Below are positions 14,141 to 25,617 of a stretch of 64,000 bases of DNA, one piece after another. The stretch comes from Leucoraja erinacea (Eukaryota). How positions within the stretch are numbered: the stretch's first letter is position 1; each line of letters opens with the position of its first letter. The translations under genes were made by a program, and so were the position numbers. Below the pieces are notes generated by a model. That model was given only the letters and a program-made list of their open reading frames with translations, was not told the origin of the DNA and made no database searches. The stretch covers positions 6,758,001-6,822,000 of the forward strand of contig NC_073416.1 in assembly GCF_028641065.1 (NCBI RefSeq), in the 5' to 3' direction.

Positions 14141-15439
14141 ATAGCGTTGGCGATTTACGAAATCCCATCGGCTTACATCCTTGAATGTGGAAGATGGTAG
14201 AGTGGGTGCTGAGGGTAAAGGAAGATCTTATCCTACTTCCTGTCACGAGAAATGGTAGCATTCAACTCTTGGATATTGTCAACATTTTTTCTTGTTAAAG
14301 AGAAAGAAAGATATGCACTACAGAAATAAATAGTGACAAATAGCTACAATTTTATCTTCGAGTCAGTCCAGGCCCTGTCCTTCACCTCTGACCTTACTCC
14401 ATCATCCTGCAATTTGTATCTCCAAGTACCGGTCCCTTCAGAAAGCCCCATCTGCCTCCACTGTCCCATCAAAGAATGTGGAGAAGAGTTTCCTCAGATC
14501 TCCTTTGTTGCTCTCACCAATTACCTTAAATTTGCTTCTTAACCCTCACGTTTGAGTGTTCTGAACTAATTATAAACTTACTTTATCACGCAACGTCACC
14601 AACCAGGGGTCAGTTGTGGTATGATTATCTATTATGTTGGCTGAATTTGTAACTTTAAAAGACATGACTTGAATCAGTGGAGTTGGTAAAAGGAAAAACA
14701 GAGCTTCAAAGGACAAGAATGGAACTTGCAACATGTGATAAAGTTCAGAGATTTTAATCTGGTGCTATGGTCAAAGAGAACCTGTACAAGCAGGCTGTTA
14801 TATAGCACACATTGTCTTCATTTAGTAATCTTCTTAACTTAGTAGGTCAAGGGTCTTGGATAATTTTTAAACACCTCATGGACTGTTGTTTGACGCAGCA
14901 CTTATGTAAAATATTGACCCATTGCTGTGGAAAGGGGCGATTTTTCACTGCAAATTGTCTAAATGGTCAAAAGCTTGCTTGGGAGTTTTGCAAGCGGTTG
15001 GGGAGTCAGGTGTGCATAGTGTACAGGGAAGCAAGAGAGAGTAATCTCTGGCACACAAATTTAAATACTCATTTGTACTTATTGAAGCTTGCACATCTTG
15101 CACCTGTCTGTGGACTTTAGTAAAATGGATGCAACCAATCACGACAGTCGGCATTCACAATATGCGGAGTCAGAGAGAACAGACAAGAAGGCTTCCCTCA
15201 TCTGCGTGAAAGGTGAAAACACGTACATTTCATTTTGGGTTTAAATACAGTACACTCCAGATAAAACAAACCAGACACTTTGTACACAAAACCATGAGGA
15301 TAGAGTAAAACTATTTTTCACCTGCATCTCAATGATATACAATAGTCAAAACAGGCAATAGTGTGGACAAAGTTGATGAGAATACACTGACCCTTTATGT
15401 TAGCAAGCTACAAGAACTGCTCAATGACTAAACAAAGTT

Positions 15440-16370
15440 TTTTTAGAACATAGAAAAGAACAGCACATGAACAGCCCAGCCTACATATGCCTATTTTTTA
15501 GAACATAGAAAAGAACAGCACATGAACACGGTCACCCTCCGTATAAAAAACAAAAACTTGCCCCGCACATCTCCTTCACACTTAGCCCCTCTCACGTTAA
15601 ACCAATGCCCTCTAGTATTTGATTTTTCCATCCTGGGAAAAAGATGGACTGCCTATCCTATCTATGCCTCTCATAATTTTAGATACTTCCATCAGATCTC
15701 CCCACAACCTCCGGCTTTCCAGAGAAAATAATCCAAGTCCATCCATCCTCTCCCTTTAGCTAATACCCCCTAAACCAGGCATCATTCTGGCAAACCTCCT
15801 GGCAAAGCATCCATATCTTTCCAGTAATGGGGTGACCAGAACTGCAAACGAAACTCCAAAAACAGCCTAACCAAATCTTACTAAGCTGAATCATGATATC
15901 CTGACTTTTGTATTCAATGGCCCAACCTATGAAAGCAAGCACACTATAGGCATTCTTTAACATTCTATCTACTAGTGTTGCCACTTTCAAAGTGTTATGG
16001 ACTTGGACCCCAAGATTCCTCTGTACATCAATGCTGTTAGGGATCATGCCATTGTGTATTTTCCCCTTACATTTGACCTCACAAAATGCAACACATCATT
16101 TTTGCTTGGATTAACTCCATCTGTCATTTCTCCAGCTGATCTATATCCCGCTGTATACTTTGATAGCCTTCCTCATAATCTACAACCCCAATGTATATCA
16201 TAAAGAGACGCTCTAGCACAGATCCCTGCAGAACTCCTCTGGTCTTAGACCTTCAGCCAGGATTTCTCACTTCCACCACAACCCTGTCTTCCATCAGCAA
16301 GCCAGTTCCAATTCATACGACAAGTCACTATTAATCCCATGTATCTTAATCTTCTGGATCATCCTTTGAA
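15440..16370 (-). mobile_element. Decayed CR1-clade LINE fragment
   Basis: Minus ORF ..QRNLGVQVHNTLKVATLVDRMLKNAYSVLAFIGWAIEYKSQD.. is a CR1 RT end. Tail-like AGAACATAGAA at the left end. Confidence 0.75.
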
Positions 16371-17384
16371 TGTATTCTGGTGAATACATTATATATGCCT
16401 CAGTTAGCAATGCTTCATGTTATTATTCTGTTATGAAACAGCAAAGTTGCGTCTTTCCCACATTTCTTGCGTTCACCATTAGGAGGAACACCACTGCTAG
16501 CAATAGGTCTCAGATCCATCCATCCTTCTGGAAAGAAGCTATGTCTACACTTACACTATGGAACTGTGGTCTAGGGAAAAAAATGTAAAGACACAACTGT
16601 TGGTATTCATCAGCACTCTGCTGCTCCCTCAACTCAACATCATCACATTCCTTATTGCGATCTCACTGGCTCTCCACTGGACCACAACAAAACACACATC
16701 AGGCTGTTGTTCATAGACTACACTTCGGAGTTCAACATCATCATCCCCTACAAACTTGTTGCCAAGCACAGGGAACTGGGTCTCTGCGCATCCCTTTGTA
16801 ACTGGATACTCTACTTCCTCATGAACAGAACACAGTTGGTACAAATTGGCTACAACACTTCCTCCTCAATAACCATTAACACAGAGGCACCAAAATGATG
16901 GGTGTTCGGTCCCCTGCTCTGCTCACTTTATACCCATGACTGTGTAGCCAGACACAGTTGCAACACCAACTTTAAATTCGCCGATGACACCAACATTGCT
17001 GGAGGAATTATGGATGAGTCAGTGAAGAGGGAGATCGATCGTCTGATTGAATGGTACCAGAAGAACAACCTTGTTCTCAATATCAGTAAAACCAAGGAAC
17101 TGTTTGTTGACTTTAGAAGAGGCAGGCCGAGGATCCACAAACCCATCTTCAACAACAGGTCAGTAGAGGTCAGTCAACAACTTCAAATTCCTGGGCGTGC
17201 ATATCTCTGAAGATCTGACCTCGACCCGGCACATTGATGCAATCATTTTTTTTTAAAATGAATGCCTCTACTTCCTTAGAAGATTGAGGAGATTTGGTAC
17301 ATCGACAAATACTCTCTTGAACTTCTATGGGTGTATGGTAGATAGCATATTGACTGGTTATATCACTGCCTGGTTCGGCTTTCA

Positions 17385-19198
17385 TTAGTCAGAACATGAG
17401 TATAGAGGTTGGGAGGTCATATTGCAGTTGTACAAGACGTAGGTGAGACCGCATTTAGAGTATTGTGTTCAGTTTTGGACACCATGTTAGAGGAAAGATG
17501 GTGTCAAGCTGGAAAGGGTGCAGAGAAGATTTACAACGGCCTGCGCTTTGGGGAGAGCTTGAGCAAGTTGGGACTCTATTCCTTTGAGCACAGGAGGATG
17601 ACAGGTGATCTTATACAGGTGTACAAAATCATGAGGGGAATAGATCAGGTAGATGCACAGAGTCTCTTGCCCAGAGTAGGGGAATCGAGAACCAGAGGAC
17701 ATAGGTTTCAGTTTGCCTACCGCAAGAACAGGAGTAGGGAGGATGCCATCTCAACGGCACTTCACTCCGCCCTCTCCCACCTCGACAACAGAGACACTTA
17801 CGTAAGAATGCTGTTCATCGATTACAGCTCAGCATTCAACACCATTATTCCATCAAAACTGATCACCAAACTCGGTAACCTGGGCATCGACCCCTCCCTC
17901 TGCAACTGGATACTGGACTTTCTAACCAACAGACCCCAGTCTGTGAGGTTAGACAAGCACACCTCTTCAACCCTCACCCTGAACACCGGCGTTCCACAGG
18001 GCTGTGTGCTGAGCCCCCTCCTCTACTCCCTCTTCACCTATGACTGCACACCTGTACATGGTACTAACACCATCATCAAGTATGCAGATGATACAACGGT
18101 GATTGGCCTCATCAGCAACAACGATGAGCTGGCCTACAGGGAGGAGGTCCAGCACTTAGCAGCATGGTGCGCTGACAACAACCTGGCCCTTAACTCCAAG
18201 AAGACCAAGGAGCTCATTGTAGACTTCAGGAAGTCCAGAGGCGGCACGCACACCCCCATCCACATTAACGGGACGAAGGTGGAACGTGTTTCTAGCTTCA
18301 GGTTCCTGGGAGTCAACATCTCCGATGACCTCTCTTGGACCCACAATACTTCTACTCTGATCAAGAAGGCTCATCAGCGTCTCTTCTTCCTGAGGAGACT
18401 GAAGAAGGTCCATCTGTCTCCTCAGATCCTGGTGAACTTCTACCGCTGCACCATCGAGAGCATCCTTACCAACTGCATCACAGTATGGTATGGCAACTGC
18501 TCTGTCTCCGACCGGAAGGCATTGCAGAGGGTGGTGAAAATTGCCCAACGCATCACCGGTTCCACGCTCCCCTCCATTGAGTCTGTCCAAAGCAAGCGCT
18601 GTCTGCGGAGGGCGCTCAGCATCGCCAAGGACTGCTCTCACCCCAACCATGGACTGTTTACCCTCCTACCATCCGGGAGGCGCTACAGGTCTCTCCGTTG
18701 CCAGCAGGTCGAGGAACAGCTTCTTTCTGGCGGCTGTCACTCTACTCAACAACGTACCTCGGTGACTGCCAATCACCACCCCCCCCCCCCGGACACTTAT
18801 TATTTTTTCATTCAAATCGTTTGCTATGTCGCTCTTCAAGGGAGATGCTAAATGCATTTCGTTGTCTCTGTACTGTACACTGACAATGACAATTAAAATT
18901 GAATCTGAATCTGAATAGGTCTAAGGTGAGGGGGGAAAGATTCCATAAGAATCGGAGGGGTAACGTTTTCACGCAAAGGCTGTTATGTGCATGGAACGAG
19001 CTGCCAGAGGAGGTAATTGGCGCAGATACTATTGCAATGTTTAAGAAATATTTAGACAGGTACATGGATAGGATAGGTTTAGAGGGATAGGGGCCAAACG
19101 CAGGTAGGTCGGACTAGTGTAAATGGGACATGTTGGCCGGTGTGGGTAAGTTCGGCTGAAGGGCCAGTTTCCACGCTGTAAGATTCTATGACTCTATA
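17385..19198 (+). mobile_element. CR1 3' fragment (17385-17706 and 18915-19198) split by a younger Rex1 insertion
   Basis: [28 protein letters not shown] | SKVRGERF..FTQRLLCAWNELPEEV. Ends in a CTATGACT-type tail. Confidence 0.85.
17707..18914 (+). mobile_element. Young 5'-truncated Rex1/Babar LINE (RT domain to tail)
   Basis: [44 protein letters not shown]. Tail (TGAATC)n. TSD ATAGGT at 17701-17706 and 18915-18920. Confidence 0.93.
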
Positions 19199-21819
19199 AC
19201 TTGAATGCCCAGGATCGATGAAGATTACAAAAAAGTGGTGATCACTGCCTGGTCCATCACAGTTACTGACGTCCCCACCATCCAGGAGATCTACAGGAGA
19301 AGCTGCCTTAAAAGGTCAACCTGCATCATTAAGGACCCCTCCTCCCAGGCCACGCTCTCATTCCACTCCTGCCTTCAGGAAGGTGGTATAGGAATGTGAA
19401 AACAGGTTCAGGAATAACTTCTTCCCAACAACCATCAAGCTATTGAACACTACAACTAAACTCCGAACCACAAACTCCTTTGGTTGTACAAGGGAATTCA
19501 GACTGAGTTTTGGATTGAATTGTTCCATAAAACTCTCTTGACTCTCTCTCTTATTCAAGTGGCAGGATTTTTTTTTGTCCATTGCATTCACACGCGGCGG
19601 GAGGGTGCAACTTTCGGCAGCTTTCTTGCCAGCATTCGCAAGGAGGTGCAATTCAAAAATAGGACTATTTTCCATCCACCACCTTCATAAACTCCATGCC
19701 TTTTGTCAAGACACTCCTTCAGAGCTCTTATTTTGACCAAGTCTTAAGTTCTTGTGCCTGATGACAATTTTTTAATTGACATTCAAGAAGCATCTCAGGA
19801 CATTTTACTAATACAAATGTTATTTCTTTGCAGGCTTCCCAATCATACAGGAACCATAATAAAGCCCCAAAGGAAACTTGTAATTTCAACAAAACACAAT
19901 TTTAAGCCCAAACATTTTTTGCATTTCTCCCCAGCTTCATTTAGCCCATTTTTAGGGCCACGTCTCAAAGCATTTAGGACGCAAATTGTGAAATTCCCTT
20001 GCTCCATTAGTTCGCTGATGAAGCTTTGGGTCATCTCTCCCTATACGCGGTTCAGGATCATGGTTTTTTTGATTAAGTTCACTTGAGACACATTACGATG
20101 TTTTCCTAGATTAAAAACACAATTGCTATTGATTTTCAACCATTCAACCAACATAGCTCGTCTTCCTCCTGGTTACAATCACTAACAGAAACTTTAATCT
20201 GTAACAAGTTCACTTGATACGATTCCACTTGTGCAACATGTGTCTGTCCATTAAGTATTACAAACAATGAAATAAATGACTTGTGGCATTACTTTGAAAA
20301 ATGGATAAACATCGAGCAAGCACAGTAGCATTCTTGTCCAGCCAAGTGGGTATCCTGACTCTTGACTCTGCCAAAGATGCAAACTAGCTCAGGGAATACA
20401 AACAATGCTGACATTTATTGCCTCCTCTCTAGTTACCCTGAGTGGTGGTATGACTTTGAATTGACTCAAGGTATTTGCAATGAAGGCACTCCAATAGCCT
20501 GTAGTGAAACCTTCTCTCTTACCTACAGTCTTCTGATTCTCCACAGCAAACACACTAAAAGTCATTCAAGACTTCACCTGCAAGACTACTGGTTTTCAAT
20601 GTTCTGCAGAAAGTGCAAGGGATTACACAAGGATCAAGAGATTCCCAGTTCCATCTCCCAAAATAAGCAGTGATCCTGACTGCAGAGAACAACAACTACT
20701 TGGCTGAAATGTTTACTATGTTAATAGAAAGTTGAGGAACAAACACCATCCCCAACCCCCCTACCCCCAACCTCCGAGCAGCTTCAGTTGTATGCTTTGT
20801 AATTAAGAGGCACCAAAGCCAAATCTTTCAAAATGGGGCATGGCGTCCTTGCTAAATAAAACTTCATTTTAGTGATTAAGAAAATGCAGTATTGGAGATG
20901 GACCGATTAATATTGTATCAATTTTGTTGCTGCTCAGTGTTACTGCCGTGTGCTGCCCTTGGGCAGGAATTCATTATAAACAAACTAGCTAAGAGTCCTT
21001 GCACAACATTTCAAAAATCACACTTAAAAGTTGCAGAACGTCTTAACAGTAGCTTTAGTGGGATAAAAGATTTAAAAAATAAGCACTGCCAAAGGGGTCA
21101 GCACAGAATTACAACAGAAATTAATAAACAAAAGCCTAAACCACAATTATACAGTGAGAGTATACAGTAGTGTACGCCCCATTACATTCCCCAAGACCTT
21201 TAAATACATTAGTTAACCATAAAACCAGCGGAACCATCAATTCATAGGGACCAATAATTACAGTACCACCGCTCCTTGTTTACATTCCACCAAATTAACT
21301 ATTAGTAAGTTTACATCAAAGAATGTGATCGATGTAAATTTTAATCAATGCGGAGCAAAAAAGGATTCTAAATATACCGAGAAATATAACATACGGAGAT
21401 ATGTAGAGTTCAGAAAAGAACAGCAGGTAGCAACCATATGTCGTATGTTTCACCGTAGTTTACCAGGTATCAGCAGAAGAATGCACGCACTATGTTGCAG
21501 CTGACTTTTTTCCCCCAAAAAACTGTAATTACGAACGAATTGTGTTTGATAACTTGCACAGCTACTGGTTAACGGGGCAATATATCACTCCAAAAAGATA
21601 AATAAAGAGGTGGCATTTAACACAACATGATTCATCAACTGATCACTGGCTCTGACGAAAATTTACCGGCGACTATCCCGGAAACCGCATCATAAACGGT
21701 GTCAAGGCTTGTTTATAGCCAGCCCGACCATTAAACAGCAGCAAAAAAAAAACAACGTTCTGCCATCCTTGTAATTCCAGATTAACAATAAGGCACAAAC
21801 AAAAAAGGAATTTCCCTAC

Positions 21820-22200
21820 CTTAAGTGTAGATTCTAATCGTCAGGTTCCCTTCTACTTAAGTGCTGTACAGGGATTTAAATGGCGCTTGTCTGGGCGAGT
21901 CTTCTTTTTTTTCCAGAGCAGTCTTTACAGAATAAATATATATATATATATATGTATATATTTATTCTGTAAGTATATCCTGTGCATATAAATATATATA
22001 TTCAGCCCCTTTTCCAAACAGATCTGCGTTAATGAAAGTGTTTTTTTTGGTCGGTAGAAGTGTTTGCGTTTGTTCTGATCAGCGTGGTGGGCAGGCAATG
22101 GCTTGGAGGTAGGTGCGGGGCGGGGGGGGGGGGGGGGGGGGGTCGGGGACTGGATGAAATCTGCCGGTAAAATTGACTTGCCGCAGCCCCTACTCGGAAC
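21820..22200 (-). other. Candidate non-coding first exon of an unidentified divergently transcribed gene
   Basis: Minus-strand donor CTTAAG|GTAGGG at 21820/21819, just left of a CpG-rich promoter. No coding exon recognised in 1-21.8 kb, and the start position is a guess. Confidence 0.35.
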
Positions 22201-22340
22201 CGCTACTATGTAGCAACCTATCTAACAATGGGCTCGACGTTCCTCATCGCCGCTATTTATTGACGTGACGTCTGCCGGCGAAGCTGAGCGCCTGCGTGAG
22301 GCGTCCAATGCATGCTGGGGCTTGTGGTCCGTCTTTCTTG
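22110..22340. promoter_or_regulatory. CpG-rich, probably bidirectional promoter
   Basis: GC box plus G-tract (22116-22149). Tandem CRE-like TGACGTGACGTC (22261-22272). CCAAT (22305). GCATGCTGGGGCTTGTGGTCC (22310-22330) resembles the ZNF143/THAP11 ACTACA..TCCCA motif on the minus strand. Confidence 0.65.
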
Positions 22341-22766
22341 CACAGGCTCTTGGTTTTTTCCGTTGTACACTTATTCAAAGAACCTCCCAATAGAGTCCTA
22401 ACCTAATGTTGAAATTCCGAAATAAAAAAACGAAAATGCTGCTGATGCTCAGATCAGGCAACACGTGTGGAGAGGGAAACAGATATTTAACGTTTCAATT
22501 CCTGAGAACTTGCAGTGTTAGCAGTGAAATACACACTAGCAAACGTCATGTCAAGTTCTGACCAACGCTGTCGTCAGCACAGGTAAACAATCATTCATTC
22601 ATGACACGTGGCTGTAAGTGTGTAAAGAACGATGTGGGAATTCGCACACCCTCACCCGCCGGCTACGCGATTCCACTGTGAGGGAAAAGTCACCAAGTGT
22701 ACACGGCATTTTTTTTTGACTATTTGAACGCTTTGTTGTCCTGTTGGCTGCCTCAAAGTTAAGTCC

Positions 22767-22892
22767 ATGGACAGTTGTGAGGAGACCTGCGACACTGTTC
22801 TGATGGCCAGGGGAAACGTTTGCGAACTCTCCGCCACAGTCAAACGGGCTATCGGAAAAATCGAGGCAGCACAGCTGGTTCGTGCAAGACAG
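22767..22892 (+). CDS. FAM186: FAM186-family gene, coding exon 1
   Basis: MDSCEETCDTVLMARGNVCELSATVKRAIGKIEAAQLVRARQ matches the FAM186 N-terminal motif SVK..I..IEAAQL.RA. In-frame upstream TGA at 22725. Donor CAG|GTAAAA, phase 0. Confidence 0.88.
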
Positions 22893-23604
22893 GTAAAATA
22901 ATTACCAGCGAAAAATGTGATCAGTTTTCAAGAGAAAATAAAAACACTTTTTTTCATGTCATCCCAAATTTAAAAGAATGATTTCTGACTTACCTTCGTA
23001 ATTACATCTATTTTCGACTAAACGCCCAGCTGAAGCCCCGCGATGGTTTTCAGCACCTTTGTGCCATTGTAACATATTATTCTAAAGTATTGACAGGGTG
23101 AAAAAAGATGAATATAACACTACCCCCACCAGCATCCAAACAATTTTTATATCTCACGGGTTAATACTCCAGGTGAGAGCGACCAGCGAAGTTGCACTCG
23201 TTACAGCTTCAAAACCAATGAGCGCGAGAATTTGGGTCGATCCACCCATTTCAGTCTCTATGCGCCCAGCATCTCTTGGCAAGAAGTGGATTAATTAATT
23301 GAAGGCGTCTCGCCTGGGAAATTGCTCACGAGCCTTCCTGGTGGCTGCCTGTCTGGGCAGAGGTCAGGAAGACTAACACCTTGGCCGGTCCCACCTTCAT
23401 CTATCGTCCTCATTTGTCGTTTCTCTGATTCACTCGTGGCTTCACCTCGCGTCCATTAATCTCCGTGTTGCTTCCGAAAGCAAAATACAGTAGATGCTCG
23501 AAATCTGAATTCAAAACAGAAAATGCTTAAACTACGGCATCGGGCCATTCAGTATTTGTGAAGCAACAGAATTAACGTTTGAGGTCAATGAACTTTCATC
23601 AGAA

Positions 23605-23766
23605 CGAGATAGACACAAAAAGCTGGATCAGCGGGTCAGGCAGCATCTCTGGAGAGAAGGAATGGGTGACGTTTCGGGTCCAGACCCTGCATCAGACGAC
23701 TGAAGAAGTGTCTCGACCCGAAACGTCACCGATTTAAACCAGCACCTGCAGTTCTTTCCTACACAT
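23605..23766. mobile_element. Inverted pair of Penelope-LTR hammerhead units inserted into an older related unit
   Basis: Minus core CTGATGC-A-GGGT-CTGG-ACCC-GAAACGTC and plus core CTGAAGA-A-GTGT-CTCG-ACCC-GAAACGTC (23700-23727). Flanking TTTCA(T/C)CAGAAC repeats. Confidence 0.75.
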
Positions 23767-25114
23767 TTCACCAGAACTATCCAGTTTCTCTCTCCACATA
23801 AGCTGCCAGAGCAGCATAGTTCATGTGTCAGAGGAGCAGAATTGGGCCATTTGGCCCATCTAGTCTACTCTGCCATTCAATCATGGCTGATCTATCTTTC
23901 CCTCTCAACCCCAATCTCCTGCCTTTTTCCCATAACCCTCCACACCCTTACTCACCAACAGTATTCTAGCATCATTTTTATTCCCCTAGCCTCTCCATCA
24001 CTGGCCCCATTTCAACACAATAACAGGGCAGAGGAATGGTCCCAACACCAAATGTCGTCTTTCCATTCCCTCCACAGATGATGCGTTGCCCGCTGAATTC
24101 CTCCAGCATTTTATGCTTGATAAAATTAAAACATACATACCTGAAAATAAAGGATTCTTCTATTCAAACTCAGAGATTATAAAGTGCAGAGCAGAGTACA
24201 AGGATTTTTTTTTAAATGTAACAAATAAAATTCCTCTTCCTGCGATTCTGTATTGAGTATGATCAAGTAGTTAACATGGATTAACCTTTCTGCAAAGTTT
24301 GAGGAAAGGAACTTGGTGTACTTCAGAGTTGGGGCACTAACGGCATGATTTGAGTCCACTTTATTTGGCAGCATGATTGGCAAACATAATTTTCCCCACT
24401 TTTTCTCCATTCTCATTTCCTTACAACATGGGAGGCTTTTTGGCCCATCAAAGCAGAGAAAATATGATCTAATCTGTTCATCCTTGGATGTATCCTCACA
24501 TTTCTGAGATGATCCTTGTAAATCTCTTCATCCTCTCCAGCATCCTTTACCCTTTTATATAATAAGGTGACCAGTGGCCACCCTGTGGTCTAACTATGAT
24601 TCAATACAGGAACATCAGTGCACCTGCCCAGCATTTGTAGTAGGTACACATCATAATCAGTGAAAAGATCTGAAGCAATTAAAAAAAAATATGCTTGACC
24701 CTAGCTAGGACACAAATTCACCTGTATGTGGACATTGAGTTTTGTCTATGGAACTGGAGTGCTACAATGCACTGCAGTGCTGAGAACTATATTCTGTACT
24801 CTGTATCTTCCCCTTTGTGCTATATTTCAGTTTGACTTGATTGTATTTATATATGGGAAATCAGATCAATTTGGATAGCATGCAAAACAAAATGACACAT
24901 GACAATAGTAAACTTAAATCTATAAATGCAAGTCATTGTTTAATGAAATACAATCACTTTATTTTTCATTTTAAACACAAGAGACACAGGTAGGACAAGG
25001 GAAGTGATTTGGGGTCTCTTGATTGAGATTTCAAACAAAATGACCAAGATTTATTGAACCATTTGCTCACACATTTAACTCCTTTTGATTTCTCCTTTTA
25101 ATATTTGCCAACAG

Positions 25115-25325
25115 GAAGTTGCGGACCGCTTAAAAGACATTCTGGAAAAAGTTAATTTTGCACTGAACAGCGCAAGATGTGACCACCACCAAATGCGAAA
25201 CGTCTCCTTTGCCTCTGAGGAAAAGGAAAGGGAGTGGTTGACAGATGCAATCACGGAGTTCGCAACTAGCACAAGCATCAAAGAGGAAATCCTAAAGTTT
25301 ATTCTCCAATGGCTGTCAGACAGCA
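25115..25325 (+). CDS. FAM186: FAM186-family gene, coding exon 2
   Basis: Acceptor ..TTTGCCAACAG|. Reads EVADRLKDILEKVNFALN..IKEEILKFILQWLSDS (cf. FAM186B LSDILDNVN..KEKHLYDILRWL, from memory). Donor A|GTAGGT, phase 1. Confidence 0.88.
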
Positions 25326-25389
25326 GTAGGTGATGAATATAAACTCGTCAGTCTCCAGTGGCTTTACACAGATGAAGCAATTTTAACTA

Positions 25390-25524
25390 CTTCTTCTTGC
25401 GTATGGGGTGCACAGCCTAAAGTTGTAGGACAACTTGTTCTATTTGATCTTATTTGATTGTGCACGCCGGGTTGATTGCATTTGTTGAAACAGGGACCAC
25501 GTGAAGGTTGCAATCATCCACGCC
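25390..25524 (-). mobile_element. 135-bp (AAG)n-tailed retroposon with a degenerate 5' HDV-like ribozyme
   Basis: Perfect 15-bp TSD AAGCAATTTTAACTA (25375-25389, 25525-25539). Homologous to 41970-42110. Confidence 0.85.
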
Positions 25525-25617
25525 AAGCAATTTTAACTAATTTAGGGATCTGACAGAATTGTGTATAATATTGGTTTAACACCTTGTCCAACTTGACTCG
25601 CTGCTCTACTTGTCTTT

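Larger units (their letters stand above)
16645..19460 (+). mobile_element. Old Rex1/Babar RT fragment (16645-17380, resuming 19200-19460); outer layer of a triple nest
   Basis: LFIDYTSEFNIIIP..LCNWILYFL.., FKFADDT.., then after the inserts LQKVVITAWSIT..CIIKDPS..RFRNNFFPTTIKLLN. Confidence 0.8.

Noticed and set aside
17409-18851. 480-aa ORF as a host or domesticated RT gene
   Set aside because: Spans a CR1/Rex1 junction with a TSD, begins at a non-ATG codon and frameshifts near its end; explained by nesting.
1-21800. Coding exons of LARP4 or PRPF40B on the minus strand (and LIMA1 or MCRS1 after 44.4 kb)
   Set aside because: Looked for remembered N-terminal motifs (e.g. LNPNAKVW, RRQWTSLSLRVTAKE) by eye and did not find them, so no gene symbols were assigned.
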